Virus record (IMG/VR): IMGVR_UViG_3300027759_000045
Location: 186,001-250,000 of that record
DNA: 64,000 bases
Strand: one strand, 5' to 3'
The notes below the pieces were generated by a model, which did no database searches, had not been told where the DNA came from, and saw only the letters and a list, made by a program, of their open reading frames with translations. Positions within the stretch are counted from its first letter, which is position 1. Every line of letters starts with the position of its first letter. Positions 1-9,690 of this stretch are shown here, one piece after another. A program made the position numbers and the translations under genes.

Positions 1-2117
1 ATCTTTGTTGGCACATAGGTGGGACTGTTTTGACCAAATGATGCAGGTGCTGGTGGTTTGCTCATGCCACCTTTGGGTAATCCGGCGTTGGCCAAACGGT
101 TGATGGCTCCACCTAGTACATTGCCCAGTATGCCACCACCCCAGGTTGTGCCAGGGCCTGTGGGATTGGTGCTTTGACGTTTGTTCAGCATGTTACTGTT
201 GTTGACATTGGGACTGCGAGCACGTATATAGTCCACATCTACAGGCAGGTCGTAGGTAAAAGACTGCACCACACAGGGATGTTCGTTGAATTGGTATTCA
301 CCCAGTCCGGTTAGATACACCAATGGAGGTGGTGTGCCACGTTGAGGATCTTGACCATAGAACATTTTTGTCACTGATTTAAAAAAGTGTATCACTGCCA
401 ACAGATATTCAGCCTCTGTTGTGCTTTGTGCAGTAAATGGACAACTCAGTGTGACTGGTTCAACTGAACTGCTTTGATAGTAGTAGCCTTTGTAGTTGCT
501 GTGTGTTAGATCATAACTTGCATAGTTGGCCTTGTACGAAGTGCCAATTGTGGGTGTGTAAGGAAATATAATTCCTGTGCCTTTTAGTGGCTGTAATATT
601 CCAGGTTCTGGGGCATTGTACAAATAATCAGCACCTGGTGCTAGTCGTAACTTAACACGCCAATCACCGTTGTTGGGATTTCTGCGCTGGTTGGCAATGG
701 TGTTCTGTGCTCGTGCCTTGTCCAAGGTGCCTTGTTTTATGGCAGCATTGAGATTGGTACGCTCTTCTTCTTCTTCAGGATTGGCGGCAAAGTCTCCAGA
801 AGGTTGTATTGTGACTGGATCGTCGGCACCCACAGCCTCGGGATTGAATACATTTTCAGTAACCCCGGCAGTTCCAGTTGGATCAAAAATATTTTCTGCA
901 TTTGGGTCAACTGTGGGTTCAACTTCTATGGCTTCTGTGGCTAGTATTCGTCGATTCTCTGCTTGTTCTAGTTCCAGTGCGTCTGCTTCCTCATCTGTCA
1001 TTACAGGCACATCTGTGGGTTCAAACTCTGTTGCTTCTTGTTCTGCTAGTGCTTGTTCTGCTTCGAATCTTGCCTGTTCAAATGGATCTGAGTTGGGCTC
1101 AACGTTGGCAGGATCAAATACTGATTCTTCTCCGGCGTTGATTGTCTCTCCTGGATCAAAAACATTCTCACCAGGATCAACTGTGGGGTCAACTTCTATG
1201 GCTTCTGTGGACAAGACACGACGATTTTCAGCTTGTTGTGCATCAAGTGCATCAGCTTCCTCATCTGTTAGAAATGCCACATCTCCAGGATCAAATTCTC
1301 GTGGTTCTCCGTCGAGTTCAAGTCCTGCTTCAAATCTTGCCTGTTCAAATGGATCCGAGTTAGGATCAACATTGTTGGGATCAAATACTGATTCTTCTCC
1401 GGCGTTGAATGTATTGCCTGGATCAAACACATTTTCAACTGCGTCAGCAGTTTTACCTGGTGCGTCGCCTCTGAAATACGTTCCACCGGTTTCTTCATTG
1501 ATTGCAAACCCGGGCTGTAGATTGCCATCGTCGTCATATGCAGGAAATTGACTTGGGTCACTTGCAGGATTTAATTCAGCAGCACTTTTTGGTACTGCTG
1601 TGCTGGCTGGTAAAACATCTTTTGTGCTTTTGAAAATTGAACCAATTGAACTTGCCAAGGATAACGCAGCCAATGGATTGGCTGCCGCTGCCCCCAGTGC
1701 CGCTGCCCCCAGTGTGTTTAGTAATCCAGATGAATTGCTTAATAAACTGCCCGAGCTGGGCGCTGGCGTTGACACATTGTATGGCAGTTGTTTGGCACCA
1801 GGATCAACCAGTGGACTTACGCCGCCATTACGATTGCCAGCTGATGCAACCGAGTCAGGAACACCCAGGCCGGTAGCTGGTGGAGTTTTTCCAGAGGCCG
1901 AAGTCACTGCCGCAGTGGCATTGTTTGTGGCCAACTGTGTAGCTTTTACTGCTGTGGTGGCAGCTTCAACTGCCGCCAGTGCCGCAGGAGACGGTGTTCG
2001 GCCGGCTTTTTGTGCCGCAATCACTGTGTTTTGAGCCGCTGCCAACGTTTTGATTGCCACAGCATTTTCACGTTGTGCTTGTGCGGCTTGTGCGGTTAGT
2101 GATGGGGTGGTTGCCAT
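1..2117 (-). CDS. Baseplate/tail-tube-related protein with long acidic repeat N-terminal region (runs off window start)
   Basis: Absent from the ORF track because there is no stop in the window. Hand-translated from ATG at 2117 (MATTPSLTAQAAQ...); the segments I read are open. C-terminal part DWRVKLRLAPG...IIFPYTP...HSNY...FTAQ...LLAVIHFFKSVTKMFYG...GTPPP...HPCVV resembles T4 gp48/gp54-like tube-fold proteins. TAAATA box upstream on the minus strand (~2137-2142). Confidence 0.6.
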   Translation of the reverse strand, partial: MATTPSLTAQAAQAQRENAVAIKTLAAAQNTVIAAQKAGRTPSPAALAAVEAATTAVKATQLATNNATAAVTSASGKTPPATGLGVPDSVASAGNRNGGVSPLVDPGAKQLPYNVSTPAPSSGSLLSNSSGLLNTLGAAALGAAAANPLAALSLASSIGSIFKSTKDVLPASTAVPKSAAELNPASDPSQFPAYDDDGNLQPGFAINEETGGTYFRGDAPGKTADAVENVFDPGNTFNAGEESVFDPNNVDPNSDPFEQARFEAGLELDGEPREFDPGDVAFLTDEEADALDAQQAENRRVLSTEAIEVDPTVDPGENVFDPGETINAGEESVFDPANVEPNSDPFEQARFEAEQALAEQEATEFEPTDVPVMTDEEADALELEQAENRRILATEAIEVEPTVDPNAENIFDPTGTAGVTENVFNPEAVGADDPVTIQPSGDFAANPEEEEERTNLNAAIKQGTLDKARAQNTIANQRRNPNNGDWRVKLRLAPGADYLYNAPEPGILQPLKGTGIIFPYTPTIGTSYKANYASYDLTHSNYKGYYYQSSSVEPVTLSCPFTAQSTTEAEYLLAVIHFFKSVTKMFYGQDPQRGTPPPLVYLTGLGEYQFNEHPCVVQSFTYDLPVDVDYIRARSPNVNNSNMLNKRQSTNPTGPGTTWGGGILGNVLGGAINRLANAGLPKGGMSKPPAPASFGQNSPTYVPTK
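879..1436 (-). repeat. Two ~90-aa acidic tandem repeats in the 1..2117 ORF
   Basis: EN(V/I)FDP at 1419-1436, 1152-1169 and 879-896 (spacing 267 and 273 nt). Unit contains NAGEESVFDP..NSDPFEQARFEA..TDEEADAL..QAENRR..TEAIEV.PTVDP. Confidence 0.85.
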
Positions 2118-2175
2118 AATGATTTTCCTATACAGTATTTATTGCAGAAATAAACTGGCTATATAATGATAAAGG

Positions 2176-2203
2176 TTGACAATGCAGTAAAAAGTGTTAT
2201 AAT
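2176..2203 (+). promoter_or_regulatory. Sigma70-type promoter upstream of the gp55-like gene
   Basis: TTGACA (2176-2181), 16 nt spacer, TATAAT (2198-2203) with extended TG; immediately followed by a TAAATA box. Confidence 0.75.
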
Positions 2204-2229
2204 AAATACATTACAAGGAGACACTGCCT

Positions 2230-3222
2230 GTGGCAACATCTAAACGAACAGCATCCACACTGGATCCGTCGAAATCAATATCATCAACACCCACTGCACC
2301 AAAAGTAAACTATCTCAACAACAGAGACATTCTCAAAGAGATACACGCCAGTAAAAACACCTACTGCTACTACGCGGATCCCGCAGTAGACAGTCAATAC
2401 GACATTATTTTGCCCGGACTGGACAAAATTAACCAGCGCACCATTGCTGAAGCCCGACGCAATCGTGCTGACCGACTCAAACGTGAAGGCACCATTGTGG
2501 ACCCTGTGAAGATTCCCAATACAGACCTGGTGTTCCGTATCACCTGCTGGGATCATATCCCAATGGCCGAGAAAAAGATTCCCAAGTCTGCACAGAAGAA
2601 AAAACAGAAAATTGAAGATCTGCTGGAGTTTGAAGACGAGCCCATTGATGATTCCCTGGACGAACTGCTGGACGACGTGGTGCTGAACCCGGTGCGTCAG
2701 CGACTGAACTTTCCTCCATTTGAACATTGGCGATTAGATGAAAACAAGGAACGGTTCCGTGTGGGTCGTAGTCACTGGCGGGGTGATTTAGAAACTGGCT
2801 ACTTCAGTCGAGATCACGGCGACATGACACGTAAGTTGGCACACATGTTTATGAAGCTGTGCGAAAGATATGCTACCAGGAGTAATTGGCGTGGATACAC
2901 ATACAACGAAGAAATGCGAGGACAGGCCTTGCTACAACTCAGTCAGATCGGACTACAGTTCGATGAATCAAAATCGCAGAATCCTTTTGCGTATTACACT
3001 GCCGCTATTACTAACAGCTTTACTCGCATCCTTAATTTAGAAAAGAAAAGTCAGAACATCCGTGATGACATCTTGGAGATCAACGGACTCAGTCCGTCAT
3101 GGACCAGACAAAATGCCGGAAAGGCCAGCATGGCCGCATTAAGTGGACCTGTTACCATTACCACTTACATTGTGGATAAGCCGGTAGAAGCAGTTGAATC
3201 GGATTCGGTTAACCCTGTGTAA
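2230..3222 (+). CDS. gp55: T4 gp55-like late-transcription sigma factor
   Basis: VNYLNN N-terminal motif and ...NWRGYTYNEEM...QFDESKSQNPFAYYT...NSFTRILNLEKK match gp55 motifs. GGAG SD before GTG start. Confidence 0.85.
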   Translation: MATSKRTASTLDPSKSISSTPTAPKVNYLNNRDILKEIHASKNTYCYYADPAVDSQYDIILPGLDKINQRTIAEARRNRADRLKREGTIVDPVKIPNTDLVFRITCWDHIPMAEKKIPKSAQKKKQKIEDLLEFEDEPIDDSLDELLDDVVLNPVRQRLNFPPFEHWRLDENKERFRVGRSHWRGDLETGYFSRDHGDMTRKLAHMFMKLCERYATRSNWRGYTYNEEMRGQALLQLSQIGLQFDESKSQNPFAYYTAAITNSFTRILNLEKKSQNIRDDILEINGLSPSWTRQNAGKASMAALSGPVTITTYIVDKPVEAVESDSVNPV

Positions 3223-3234
3223 TTTTACAAACTC

Positions 3235-4122
3235 ATGACCATTGCCATTGCGTTTAACGGCGGGGGGTACGGTACCTATCTTGAGTGGGTACTGACCACC
3301 CTTGCTACCGGCATTCCTATTACGGCTCCGTTTGGCATAAACGGAAACAGTCACCGGTTTTATGGAAATCATGCAAATGACATACATTCCTCTCTGTGGA
3401 AAGCAGTTGCCAGCAAAGAAAAGTCTTGTTTGTTTGTTCGACTCCACCCAAAAACACACCAACACGAAGTACTAGATAATAATTTAAATCAAATTTTGGA
3501 TGTTGCAGAAAAAGTTATCTATTTGTATCCTGATTCAGATTCAGTACTGTTAAATATAAACAACTTCTATTCAAAAATTTGGAAGGAGTGGTGGAGTGTG
3601 CGGTTATCAGATCCAGTATTTGCCGACAACTTGTACAGTAATTGGCCGGTCAATAGAGATACCCCGGTTACTCAGATACCAATCTGGATCAAGAGAGAAA
3701 TACTCAGTTTTAATTTGATGCCATCCTGGTTTGATCAAGTTGAATGGTATCACCCAGGCCGATGGCATCATGCACGATGTCAATTGGTATTGACCAACGA
3801 ACTGCTGTACAATTTTGAATCAACTATACAGAAATTACAGAAGTTTTGCAATTTGGAATTCAAAAAGAACATCGCGGATCTTGTGCCCCTGCATGATACT
3901 ATGCTATCACTACAACCGTATCTCTCCCAAGACCAGTTGTGTCACAACATAGTCAATCACACTTTGACCAATCAACTGTTTGAATGGAGAGACATTCCGT
4001 TACCTAGCCAAAGTTGGGTACAATGGAAATTGAGAAAGTTGGGCTACGAGATTCGTTGCTATGGGCTTGACATGTTCCCAACAAATAGTGTACAATTACG
4101 AGAACTACTATATCCTGTATGA
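3235..4122 (+). CDS. Hypothetical protein, possibly sulfotransferase/P-loop-like; paralog of 9682..10731
   Basis: N-terminal beta-strand plus GGGYGTYLEW loop; C-terminal L.MFPTN..L..LL shared with the 9682 ORF. Confidence 0.55.
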   Translation: MTIAIAFNGGGYGTYLEWVLTTLATGIPITAPFGINGNSHRFYGNHANDIHSSLWKAVASKEKSCLFVRLHPKTHQHEVLDNNLNQILDVAEKVIYLYPDSDSVLLNINNFYSKIWKEWWSVRLSDPVFADNLYSNWPVNRDTPVTQIPIWIKREILSFNLMPSWFDQVEWYHPGRWHHARCQLVLTNELLYNFESTIQKLQKFCNLEFKKNIADLVPLHDTMLSLQPYLSQDQLCHNIVNHTLTNQLFEWRDIPLPSQSWVQWKLRKLGYEIRCYGLDMFPTNSVQLRELLYPV

Positions 4123-5132
4123 ATCTATTTAAAAAAGCTGCGGTCTTTACTGATATCCATTTTGGCCTTAAGTCAAACAGTGTGTTACACAATGAAGACT
4201 GCTTGAACTTTGTGAAATGGGCCACTGCCAAAGCCAAAAGTGAAGGTTGTGAAACCTGTTTGTTCCTAGGCGACTGGCACAACAATCGATCAAGTCTAAA
4301 CATTGTCACACTAAACTACAGCCTGCGGGCACTGGAGCACATGAATGCTAATTTCGACCGTGTGTATTTTATCCCTGGTAATCACGACCTTTATTATCGT
4401 GACAAGCGCGATATACAGTCAGTTGAGTGGGCACGACACCTCCCTAATATTGAGATATGCAATGATTGGGTTTCTAGTGGCGACGTTGTTATCGCCCCTT
4501 GGTTGTGCGGAGATGATTATAAACGGATTCCTAAACTAAAAGGCAAATATATGTTTGGGCACTTTGAGTTGCCCGGCTACCTGATGAATGCCATGGTAGA
4601 AATGCCAGATCATGGTGAAGTACGTAGAGAAGACTTTGTAAACTTTGAGCATGTGTTTACCGGACACTTTCACAAACGACAGACCAAAAAGAATATTACC
4701 TACATCGGCAACTGTTTCCCGCATAACTACGCTGATGCCAGCGATGATGAACGCGGCATGATGATTCTAGAGTGGGGACAGGAGCCAGAGTTTCATGCCT
4801 GGCCTGCGCAGCCAAGATATCGTGTGTTAGGACTCAGCAATGTGATTGACAATGCTGCCACTGTGCTAGCAAAAGACATGCATGTTCGTGTACAATTAGA
4901 CATTGAGATCTCATACGAAGAAGCTAACTTTATCAAAGAAACTTATATTAAAGACTACGGGCTAAGAGAAATGGCTCTTATTCCAAACAAGGCAGCCGGA
5001 GTCGACACAGACATGGCGCCAGGCGAAATAAAGTTTGAATCAGTTGATCAAATTGTAACAGATCAACTCACTAACATTGAATCTGAATTCTACGATCCAA
5101 AACTGTTGTTAAAAATATATCAAAACTTATGA
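4119..5132 (+). CDS. gp47: Mre11/SbcD-like recombination nuclease subunit
   Basis: Metallophosphoesterase motifs DIHFG, LGDWH, GNHD, GHFE, GHFH. Confidence 0.93.
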   Translation: MNLFKKAAVFTDIHFGLKSNSVLHNEDCLNFVKWATAKAKSEGCETCLFLGDWHNNRSSLNIVTLNYSLRALEHMNANFDRVYFIPGNHDLYYRDKRDIQSVEWARHLPNIEICNDWVSSGDVVIAPWLCGDDYKRIPKLKGKYMFGHFELPGYLMNAMVEMPDHGEVRREDFVNFEHVFTGHFHKRQTKKNITYIGNCFPHNYADASDDERGMMILEWGQEPEFHAWPAQPRYRVLGLSNVIDNAATVLAKDMHVRVQLDIEISYEEANFIKETYIKDYGLREMALIPNKAAGVDTDMAPGEIKFESVDQIVTDQLTNIESEFYDPKLLLKIYQNL

Positions 5133-6706
5133 ATCAGTTTGACAAATCTATAGATCGTTTGCAAAAACTTTACGATACTGCGGGACCGTTTTATCTGTCA
5201 GAGTTTTATCAGGCCGACGGAGACAAAAAATTATATAATTTTCTAACTTCTGTTTATCAGATCGAATACACCACTAATTTTCGAATTCTAATAGTCCAAG
5301 ACTGCATAGATGTGTACGATTATGAAGACTTGCCAGGAAAAGCCATATGTACGTTACAACAATACGTTAGTCAGATAGATATTAGCAATTTTTTTGTTGT
5401 AGTTGTAACTGGCAATAAAAACATAGACACCGAACTAGCGCAAGTACAAAAGTTGTATTCTACCGATGATTGTAAAATGCAAAGTCATATTGTCAACAAT
5501 GTCAAATACACTGCAACTCATCAACAACAAGACACATTTTGTGTATTGCCATGGGTGCATTTATACGTTGGTCCCGACGGAAATGTGTTACCATGTTGTG
5601 TTGCTGATCAAAAATTTCCAATGGGTAATATCAATGATGCTTCGGTAGATGACATTTCAAAATCGTCTGTATTTAATCTTCTACGAACAAACATGTTGAC
5701 TGGCAAACGTAGTAAGGAATGCAACCGATGTTATATCCAAGAGGATGCTGGATTGATGAGTGCAAGACGATCTCACAACGCTCAATGGTCTCAAAAAAAA
5801 TTAAATATCGAATCTAGTGGAGTACTTAAAACGTTTGAGCCGGTTTATCTTGATATAAGATTGAACAATATCTGCAATCTCAAATGCAGAATGTGCAATG
5901 GCTATTTTAGCAGTGCTATTGCACAAGAAGAATCGAAGCTTTTTGGTAATCAACAATCATTAGATGCAAGCATGCAATCTGCACAAAAAGCACTAGCACT
6001 TGAAGAGATTATTAAATATTTGCCACAAGCAGAAAAAATATATTTTGCAGGTGGAGAACCATTGCTTGCTCTAGAACATTACAAAATATTAGATGCATTA
6101 ATTGAATGTGGCAATACTGACCTAGAAGTAACTTACAACACCAACTTTACTTCACTTGCATACAAAGATATTTCTGTCTTGGACTTATGGAAAAAATTCA
6201 GTCAAGTAAAAGTTGGAGCAAGTCTCGATGCAATAGGACGTGTAGCCGAATATGTCAGGCACGGAACCAAGTGGCCTACTATTGAATCTAACTTAGCATC
6301 TCTCAAACTACAGTGTCCTCATGTGAATTTTACCGTGACTTCAACTGTGGGATTTTTAAATATTTCCAGTTTAATTGAGTTGCAAACAACATGGCATGAA
6401 AACAAAATTTTAGATATTTCAAAATTCTCAATACAAGCTATGATAGGACCAGATCACTTGACGCTAACAGTATTGCCAACCGAGCACAAAGACCGACTTG
6501 ATTATAAAATAAAAAATCATATCAACTGGTGTTACCAAAATCAAGCAACTACTCTTGCGGCACAGTGGAAAAATGTGTTACAATACATGTGGAGTAAGGA
6601 CTCTTCGCAGTTTCTATCTGAATTTAAAAGATTAACTAGATTAATGGATCAATTTAGAAACGAATCATTAAGTGTAGTATTACCAGAGTTTTCTAGTTTT
6701 ATATGA
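5129..6706 (+). CDS. Radical SAM protein with N-terminal SPASM/twitch-like Fe-S domain
   Basis: CNLKCRMC (CxxxCxxC), FAGGEP, YNTN, ASLD; upstream FCVLPW...PCC...CNRC. Confidence 0.88.
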   Translation: MNQFDKSIDRLQKLYDTAGPFYLSEFYQADGDKKLYNFLTSVYQIEYTTNFRILIVQDCIDVYDYEDLPGKAICTLQQYVSQIDISNFFVVVVTGNKNIDTELAQVQKLYSTDDCKMQSHIVNNVKYTATHQQQDTFCVLPWVHLYVGPDGNVLPCCVADQKFPMGNINDASVDDISKSSVFNLLRTNMLTGKRSKECNRCYIQEDAGLMSARRSHNAQWSQKKLNIESSGVLKTFEPVYLDIRLNNICNLKCRMCNGYFSSAIAQEESKLFGNQQSLDASMQSAQKALALEEIIKYLPQAEKIYFAGGEPLLALEHYKILDALIECGNTDLEVTYNTNFTSLAYKDISVLDLWKKFSQVKVGASLDAIGRVAEYVRHGTKWPTIESNLASLKLQCPHVNFTVTSTVGFLNISSLIELQTTWHENKILDISKFSIQAMIGPDHLTLTVLPTEHKDRLDYKIKNHINWCYQNQATTLAAQWKNVLQYMWSKDSSQFLSEFKRLTRLMDQFRNESLSVVLPEFSSFI

Positions 6707-8784
6707 TCCATATTAAAAATTTAACTGTTAAGAACTTTATGAGTGTGGGCAATGCCACACAGGGTATTGACTTTGACCGTAACGACCTTACATTGGTATT
6801 AGGCGAAAACTTAGACTTAGGTGGAGATGGATCACGCAACGGAACTGGCAAGACCACAATCATCAATGCCCTAAGTTATGCCTTGTATGGCCAAGCACTT
6901 TCAAACATCCGCAAAGACAATCTAGTAAACAAAACCAACGGCAAGAACATGCTTGTGAGTTTGGACTTTGTTGTAAATGGTCAAGAGTACAAGATCGAAC
7001 GTGGTCGTAAACCAAATGTGCTACGATTTTATGTCAACAACGAAGCTCAAGCTGTCACAGATGAAGCACAAGGCGACAGTCGTGAAACACAAGATGCTAT
7101 CGAACGTGTGATGAATATGAGTCATGACATGTTCAAACATGTGTTGGCCTTGAACACCTACACTGAACCGTTCCTGAGTTTAAAAGCCAACGACCAACGC
7201 AACATCATTGAGCAGTTGTTGGGTATTACCCTACTAAGTGAACGTGCTGATGCCATCAAGGAACTCAATCGGCAGACCAAAGACAGTATCTCGCAAGAAG
7301 AATTCCGTATACGGGCAGAACAAGAAGCCAACAAACGCATTGAAGAACAGATTGAAAGTTTGAAACGCAGGCAAGTGCTCTGGCAGAAGAAGTACGACAG
7401 TGATGTAGCGTACCTTGTGGCACAATATGATGATCTAGCCAAGATCAACATCGATGTTGAATTGCTAGCTCACAAAGATCTAGCTGTATGGACCACACGT
7501 AAACAACAACAGGATGCGTATACTGCACTGGTTGGTCGCCAAACTGCTTGGCAACAAAAACAACACCGAGACATTGGCGAGCTGGAACTAACTCTTAACA
7601 CGCTCAGTCATATTGATATTCAAGCAGAACTACAAGCACATGCGGACTTGGCTGCTTACACACAAAAAGCCAAAGACATTGCCGATCTTGAAAAACTGAT
7701 TGCTAGGTGCGTTACAGACGAGGCAAAAGAACAAAAAGTTATTGATAAACTCCGAATCGAAATTGCGGAATTAAAAAATCACAAGTGTTATGCATGTGGA
7801 CAAGACTTCCACGATGCCAATCATGAAACAGTATTGGGCACAAAAGAGAAGGCATTGCAAGAAGCCTCTCTGCAAGCATTGAGTACTAATGGTCAGTGGA
7901 TGGAAAATACAGATGCATTACAAGCATTGGGTGCGCTGGGCACAAAACACACCACACACTACGATACAGAAACACAAGCCATTCGTCATTCAAGCGAACT
8001 AGAAAACATTCAGCACAAGATTGATGCCAAACGTGCGGAAACAGATCCTTACGCTGAACAACTGGCAGAGCATACACTGGTAGAGGTTGGTACACACCCT
8101 GTTACGCATTATGATACAGAAGCACAAGCTGTTGAGCATCGCAGTCGTATGAATACATTACTGACTCAGATTGCTACCAAAGGAGAAGAGAAGGATCCGT
8201 ACACTGAACAGATTGTTGAAATGCAACAACAGGCATTGCAGACTGTGAGTTACGATGCACTCAATGATCTCACAAGATTACAAGAACACCAAGACTTCTT
8301 GCTCAAACTGTTGACATCCAAAGATAGTTTTGTACGTAAAAAGATTATTGATCAGAATTTGAGTTATCTAAACGCACGACTGACGCACTACTTGGATCGT
8401 ATTGGCTTGCCACACACTGTGAAATTCCAAAACGACTTGAGTGTGATGATTGAAGAACTGGGTCGTGAACTAGACTTTGATAACTTGAGTCGTGGCGAAC
8501 GCAATCGTTTGATCTTATCAATGTCATGGGCATTCCGTGATGTATGGGAGAGTCTGTACAGCCCAATTAACTTGTTGTTCATTGATGAACTCATCGACAA
8601 TGGTTTAGATACTCAGGGTGTAGAGAACGCACTAGCACTGCTGAAGAAGATGAGCCGAGAGCGCCACAAGTCAATCTGGCTTGTGAGCCACAGAGATGAA
8701 CTAGCCGGACGTGTGGAGAACATTCTCAAAGTGATAAAAGAGAATGGTTTTACCAGTTACAATACCGACGTAGAACTTGCATAA
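6703..8784 (+). CDS. gp46: Rad50/SbcC-like recombination ATPase subunit
   Basis: KNFMSVG, Walker A NGTGKTT, zinc hook CYAC, signature LSRGE, Walker B LFIDE, H-loop LVSH. Confidence 0.95.
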   Translation: MIHIKNLTVKNFMSVGNATQGIDFDRNDLTLVLGENLDLGGDGSRNGTGKTTIINALSYALYGQALSNIRKDNLVNKTNGKNMLVSLDFVVNGQEYKIERGRKPNVLRFYVNNEAQAVTDEAQGDSRETQDAIERVMNMSHDMFKHVLALNTYTEPFLSLKANDQRNIIEQLLGITLLSERADAIKELNRQTKDSISQEEFRIRAEQEANKRIEEQIESLKRRQVLWQKKYDSDVAYLVAQYDDLAKINIDVELLAHKDLAVWTTRKQQQDAYTALVGRQTAWQQKQHRDIGELELTLNTLSHIDIQAELQAHADLAAYTQKAKDIADLEKLIARCVTDEAKEQKVIDKLRIEIAELKNHKCYACGQDFHDANHETVLGTKEKALQEASLQALSTNGQWMENTDALQALGALGTKHTTHYDTETQAIRHSSELENIQHKIDAKRAETDPYAEQLAEHTLVEVGTHPVTHYDTEAQAVEHRSRMNTLLTQIATKGEEKDPYTEQIVEMQQQALQTVSYDALNDLTRLQEHQDFLLKLLTSKDSFVRKKIIDQNLSYLNARLTHYLDRIGLPHTVKFQNDLSVMIEELGRELDFDNLSRGERNRLILSMSWAFRDVWESLYSPINLLFIDELIDNGLDTQGVENALALLKKMSRERHKSIWLVSHRDELAGRVENILKVIKENGFTSYNTDVELA

Positions 8785-8862
8785 TTTAGCATTGTAGGCA
8801 TATTTTTTAACCAATCAACTTTAAGGCATAACTATAACGCAAGGATAAATCGCACACAACAC

Positions 8863-9291
8863 ATGACATGGCTATATCAAGATACCCCAATTGAGACATT
8901 GCCCGAAGAGTGTGTTGGATTTGTTTACTTGATCACAAATAATCTTTCTGGACGCAAGTACATAGGCAAAAAATTAGCAAAATTTAGTAAAACAACTTAC
9001 AAAACTGTAACACAAAAGAACGGCACAAAGAAGAAGAAAAAGATACGCTCAAAGATCGACAGCGATTGGCGAGAGTACTATGGGTCAAGCCCAGAATTGA
9101 CTTTAGACATCGAAAAACTAGGCACCAAAAACTTCACCAGAGAAATACTTTATTACTGCGGATCAAAATCTGAATGTAGTTATGTCGAAGCAAGAGAACA
9201 ATTTGCAAGACAAGTATTAGAGTCACAAGATTATTACAACGGCCATATTCAAGTTCGTGTGCATGGCTCACACATCATAAACAAAATTTAA
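8863..9291 (+). CDS. Small GIY-YIG family nuclease (catalytic domain only)
   Basis: GFVY...KYIG, DWREYYGS, F.REIL, E and YYN motifs. 142 aa, no NUMOD/HTH tail, Lys-rich insertion. Confidence 0.85.
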   Translation: MTWLYQDTPIETLPEECVGFVYLITNNLSGRKYIGKKLAKFSKTTYKTVTQKNGTKKKKKIRSKIDSDWREYYGSSPELTLDIEKLGTKNFTREILYYCGSKSECSYVEAREQFARQVLESQDYYNGHIQVRVHGSHIINKI

Positions 9292-9299
9292 CAGGCAAC

Positions 9300-9687
9300 A
9301 ATTACGACTCTGTGTTGAGTGTTTGACTCAACCCCATTGAAGAACGGTGAGATACCCGGGCTGGACTTGGGCGTCAAAGGCAATTGCTAACTTAAGGCAA
9401 CAAATGGTCGGGGCTATGTGAAAAAGATACAACCCCAGCTCGTAGGACTTGGATCTATATCGGGTCACTAGGGTTCCGTTGATATGTGAAGCTTGAGTAG
9501 GGGGTACCGGTCAACCGCCTCCGCGTTGGAAACAACAATCTCATTATGATAGATGACTGCTATACTCAGATAATGGCGTTTTTTGTTCACCGTGCATACG
9601 GTGAACTATGACCACGTAATCTAGATAATAGCTAAGAAGAAAAATGTGATTGAGCTCAAGCGAAATCACAGATTAGCGTAGCTAATC
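9300..9687. ncRNA. Candidate large structured non-coding RNA (family not recognised)
   Basis: ~390 nt with no ORF in the track, and many helices including a perfect 9-bp hairpin (9585-9606), a GAAA tetraloop hairpin (9525-9536) and long-range complementarities. See findings. Confidence 0.55.
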
Positions 9688-9690
9688 TTT
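9671..9690. terminator. Hairpin between convergent units, possibly a terminator
   Basis: GATTAGC-GTA-GCTAATC followed by TTT; overlaps the stop of the minus-strand ORF. Confidence 0.5.

Noticed and set aside
670-2034. Plus-strand ORFs 670..1551 and 1600..2034
   Set aside because: Antisense shadows of the minus-strand gene 1..2117, which has a promoter box and a recognisable domain.
8863-9687. Group I intron encoding a GIY-YIG homing endonuclease
   Set aside because: Flanking genes look complete, no split exons are evident, and I could not find P/Q/R/S core sequences.
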